A DNA stretch of 64,000 nt. Origin: the human T2T-CHM13v2.0 reference genome, Homo sapiens. Positions 59,930 through 64,000 of this stretch are shown piece after piece. The position numbers and the translations under genes are program-made. The notes below the pieces were generated by a model. The model searched no databases. It saw only the letters and a program-made list of their open reading frames with translations, and was not told the origin of the DNA. The stretch covers positions 11,648,001 through 11,712,000 of the forward strand of contig CP086569.2 of the NCBI GenBank assembly GCA_009914755.4, read 5' to 3'. Positions within the stretch are counted from its first letter, which is position 1; each line of letters begins with the position of its first letter.

Positions 59930-62900
59930 CCTGTCTGAACAGACACTTGAGTCCATTCGATGATTCCACTCGATTCTATTTGATGATGATTGGATTCGAT
60001 TTCATTATATGATTGCATTCAATTCCATTGGATGATTCCATTCGATTAAATTAGATGATGATTCCATTTGATTCCATTCAATGATTCCATTCGATGATTC
60101 ATTTCGATTCCATTCGATGATTGAATTCGATTCCATTCGATGATTATTCCGTTCGATTCCATTCGATGATTCCATTTGATGCCATGCAATGTTTCCATTT
60201 GATTCCATTACATGATTCCATTCAATCATGATTCCATATGATTCCATTCGATGATTCCATTCGATTCCATTCTAAGATTTCATTCAATTCCATTCAATGA
60301 TTGTTCCATTCAATTATTTTCGATGATTCCGTTCGATTCTATTCAATGATGACTCCATTCGATTCTGTGCGATGATGATTGCGTTTGATTCCATTCGATG
60401 ATTCTTTTCGATTTCATTGGATGATGATTCCATTTGATGATTCCATTTGATTCCATTCGATGACGGTTCCATTTGATTCAATTTGATTTGTTCCATTAGA
60501 TTCCATTCGATGTTTCCTTTTGATACCATTTGATGATGATTCCATTTGATTCCATGTGATGATGATTCCATTCGATGCCATGCAATGATGATTCCATTCG
60601 ATTTAATTCCATGATTCCATTTGATGGTGATTCCATTCGATTCCATTGGATGACTCCATTTGATTCCATTGGATGATGATTCCATTCGATTCCATTCGAT
60701 GATTCCATTCGATTACATTGGATTATTCTGTTCAATGATGACGCCATTCGATTCCATTCGATGATTCCATTTGATTCCATTCGATGATTCCATTTGATTA
60801 TTATTCCATTCAATTCCATTGGATGATTCCATTCGATTCCAGTCAATGATTCCATTCAATTCCATTCGATGATGATTCCAGTAGAGTTCATTCGATGATT
60901 ACATTCGATTCCATTTGATGATTCCATTTGATTCCATTCAATGATGATTCCATTCGATTCCATTGGATGATAATTCCATTCTATGATGATTCCATTTGAT
61001 TCAATTCGATGATGATTCCATTCGATTCCATTCGATGATTCCATTCAATTCCATTCGATGATGATTCCATTTGATTCAAATCGATGATGATTCCATTCGT
61101 TTCCTTTCGAAGGTTCCATTCAATTCCATTCGATGATGATTCCACTTGATTCCATTCAATGATGATTCCATTTGACACCATTGGATGTCTCCATTCGATT
61201 CTATTTGATGATGATTCCATTCGATTCCATTCATTTATTCCATTTGATTCCATTTTATGATTCCATTTGATTCCATTCAATGATTCCATTCAATTACATG
61301 GGATGATACCATCCGATGATTCCATTCTATTCCATTCGATGATTCCATTTGATGATTATTCCATTCAATTCCATTTGATGATTCCATTTCCTTCCATGTG
61401 ATGATGTTTCCATTCGATTCTATTCCATGATTCCTTTCGATTCCATTCGAAGATGATTCCATTCAATTCAATTCGAAGATTCCATTCAATTCCAATATAT
61501 GTTTATTCCATTAGATTCATTTTGATGATTCCATTCGATTCCATTCGTTGATGCTTCCTTTTGATTCCATTCAATGATGATTGCATTTGATTCCATTCAA
61601 TGATTCCGTTCGATTCCATTCTATTATGATTCCATTTGATTCCATTCGATTATTGTATTCGATTATGTTCTATGATTCCATTCGCTTCCATTCAATGATG
61701 ATTCCATTTGATTCCATTCAATGATTCCATTTGATTCCATTCAGTGATGATTCCACTCGATTCCATTCGATGACTCCATTCGATTCCATTCGATGTTTAT
61801 TCCATTCGATTCCTTTTGATGATTCCATTCAATTCCATTCAATGATGATTCCATTTGATTCCATTCGATGATGATTCCATTCCATTCCTTTTGATGATTT
61901 TTATCAATTTCATTCAATCATGATTCCATTCAATGATTCAATTCAATTCCATTTGATGATGATTCCGTTAGGTTCCATTTGATTTATTCCATTAGATTCC
62001 ATTTGATGATTTGTTTCAATACCATTCAATGATGATTCCATTAGATTATTCCATTCAATTCCATGCGATAATGATTCTACTCAATTCCATTCAATGACTC
62101 CATTAGATTGCATTAGATGATGATTGCATTAATTCCATTTGATGATTCCATTAGATTCCATTCAATGATGATTCTATTTGATTCCATTTGATAATTCATT
62201 TCGATTCCCTTCGATGATGATTCCATTTGATTTCATTTGATGAATTCATTCGATTAAATTCGAGGATTCCATTCGATTCCATTCGATGATTATTCCATTC
62301 AATTCCATACTATTATGATTCCATTCAATGATGATTCCATTTGATTACATTCAATGATTCCATTTTATTCCATACGATGATGATTCCATTCGATTCCATT
62401 TCATGATTCTATTCGATTCCATTTGATAATAATTCCATTCAATTCCATTTGATGATACCTTTCAATTCCATTCTAGGATTTCATTTGATTCCATTTGATG
62501 ATTATTCCATTTGATTCCTTTCGAAGTTTCTATTCGATTCCACTCAATGATGATTCCATTTGATTCCATTCAATGATGATTGCATTCAATTCCATTCGAT
62601 GATTCTTTTCGATTTCATTCAATGATGATTCCATTCAATGATTCTATTTGATTCCATTCGAATATGATTCCATTCGATTCCATTCAATTTATTCCATTCG
62701 ATTCCATTTGATGGTTCCTTTTGATACTATTCAATGATGATTCCTTTCGATTCCATGTGATGATGATTCCTTTCGATTCTATGTGATGATGATTCCATTC
62801 GATTCCATTTGATGATTCCATTTGATTCCATGTGATGATGACTCAATTCGGTTCCATTGGACAATTCCATTTGATTCCATTCGATGATGATTCCATTCGA

Positions 62901-63670
62901 TGATTCCATTCAATTTCATTCAATGATTCCATTGGATGATTCCATTCCATTCCATTGGATGATTCCATTTGATGATGACACCATTCAATTCTGTTTGATG
63001 ATTCCATTCGATGATTTTAAATTTGATTCCATTGGATGATACCATTTGTAAACATTCGATGATGATTCCATTCAATTCCATTCGTTGATTCCATTTGATT
63101 ACATTCGATTATGATTCCATTCGATTCCTTTTGATGATTCCATTTGATTCTATTCAATGATTCCATTCGATTCCATTCGATGATGATTCCATTCGATTCC
63201 ATTCGATTTATTCCATTTGATTCCATTCGATGATTCCTTTTGATACCATTCAATGATGATTCCATTCGATTCCATGTGATGATGATTCCTTTCGATTCTA
63301 TGTGATGATGATTCCATTCGATTTCATTTGATGATTCCATTTGATTCCATGTGATGATGACTCAATTCGGTTCTATTGGACGACTCCATTTGATGATGAT
63401 TCCATTCGATGATTCCATTCAATTTCATTCAATGATTCCATTTGATGATTCCATTCCATTCCATTGGATGATTCCATTCGATGATGATACCATTCAATTC
63501 TGTTTGATGATTCCATATGATTCCATTTGATGATTCCATTCGATGATTTTAAATTCGATTCCATTGGATGATACCATTTGTATCCATTCGATGATGATTC
63601 CATTCAATTCCATTCGTTGATTCCATTTGATTACATTCGATTATGATTCCATTCGATTCCTTTTGATGAT
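59930..63670. repeat. HSATII-like satellite (ATTCC-derived monomers with CGATGATGATTCC/CATTCGATTCC motifs), ATTCC strand on plus. The last roughly 1 kb (about 62640-63670) is two tandem copies of a roughly 530-bp higher-order unit
   Basis: cattcgatgattccattcgattccattcgatgatgattccattcgattccatt... Anchor gatgattttaaatttgattccattggatgataccatttgtaaacattcgatgatgattccattcaattccattcgttgattccatttgattacattcgattatgattccattcgattcc at 63010 recurs at 63542 (period 532) with high identity. Confidence 0.8.
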
Positions 63671-64000
63671 TGATGGAATGGCGACGAATGGAATATAACC
63701 GAATGGAATGGCATCGAATGAAATGGAATGGAACGAAATTTAATGGACTCGAATGGAATGGACTGGAATAAAAGGGAATCGAACGGACTGGAATGGAACG
63801 GAACAGAATAGAATGGAACCGAATTGAATGGAATGGAGCCGAATGGAATGGAACCGAATGGAATGGAATTGAATGGTTTGAAAAAGAATAGAATGGAATG
63901 GAGTGTAATGGAAAGATATTGAATTCTATGGGATGGAGTGGAATGGACTCGAATGGAAAGGAGTGTAATGGAATGGAATCAAATGTAATGGACTGGAGTG
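63671..64000. repeat. (GGAAT)n/(AATGG)n HSATIII-like satellite, GGAAT strand on plus. Strand switch relative to the preceding array occurs at about 63670-63672
   Basis: ...attcgattccttttgatgatt|gatggaatggcgacgaatggaatataaccgaatggaatggcatcgaatgaaatggaatggaacgaaat...ggaatggaaccgaatggaatggaattgaatgg. Confidence 0.8.

Noticed and set aside
60005-63603. Series of minus-strand ORFs reading MESSNGIEWNHRMESNGIII...
   Set aside because: They are translations of the (GGAAT)-type strand of the HSATII array. The repeats lack stops in one frame, so these are not genes.

Overview
This window is human (primate) genomic DNA, not a prokaryotic locus. About half of it is young and old Alu elements (several with target-site duplications, some nested) and L1 fragments, and I see no operon, CRISPR array or defence system. 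It reads as a pericentromeric duplicon mosaic with eight notable parts. (1) A CpG-island promoter-like block at 2.86-3.6 kb with splice-donor motifs on both strands. (2) A GC-rich minisatellite block at 8.57-9.85 kb, followed by a 5.6-kb phase-coherent hexamer satellite (CCCTGN)n at 9.85-15.5 kb that contains an internal inverted island. (3) A 1.8-kb pentamer satellite (GAAAT/GAGAT)n at 16.5-18.3 kb. (4) A TRIM43-like RING/B-box first exon on the minus strand at 19.05-19.45 kb that looks like a truncated pseudogene. (5) An ERVL-like provirus remnant at 42.1-46.1 kb, with integrase followed by a dUTPase-like domain and LTR-like repeats, one of them forming an inverted pair across a microsatellite. 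(6) An immunoglobulin kappa V (IGKV1-39-like) orphon at 47.08-47.59 kb. Its V-exon reading frame is intact, but both leader ATGs are lost, the promoter octamer is degenerate and the RSS heptamer is CATAGTG. (7) A 22-bp CpG-containing minisatellite at about 54.9-55.1 kb. (8) About 3.7 kb of HSATII-like satellite ending in two copies of a roughly 530-bp higher-order unit, then a strand switch at about 63,671 into (GGAAT)n HSATIII-like satellite. A TRIM43-like fragment, an IGKV orphon and HSATII/III together suggest a chromosome-2 pericentromere (2p11/2q11) or a paralogous pericentromeric duplicon, but that is inference. The six-frame ORF track across the satellites shows only low-complexity artefacts. 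All coordinates are approximate (about +/-10 bp) except where derived base by base (the IGKV and TRIM features).
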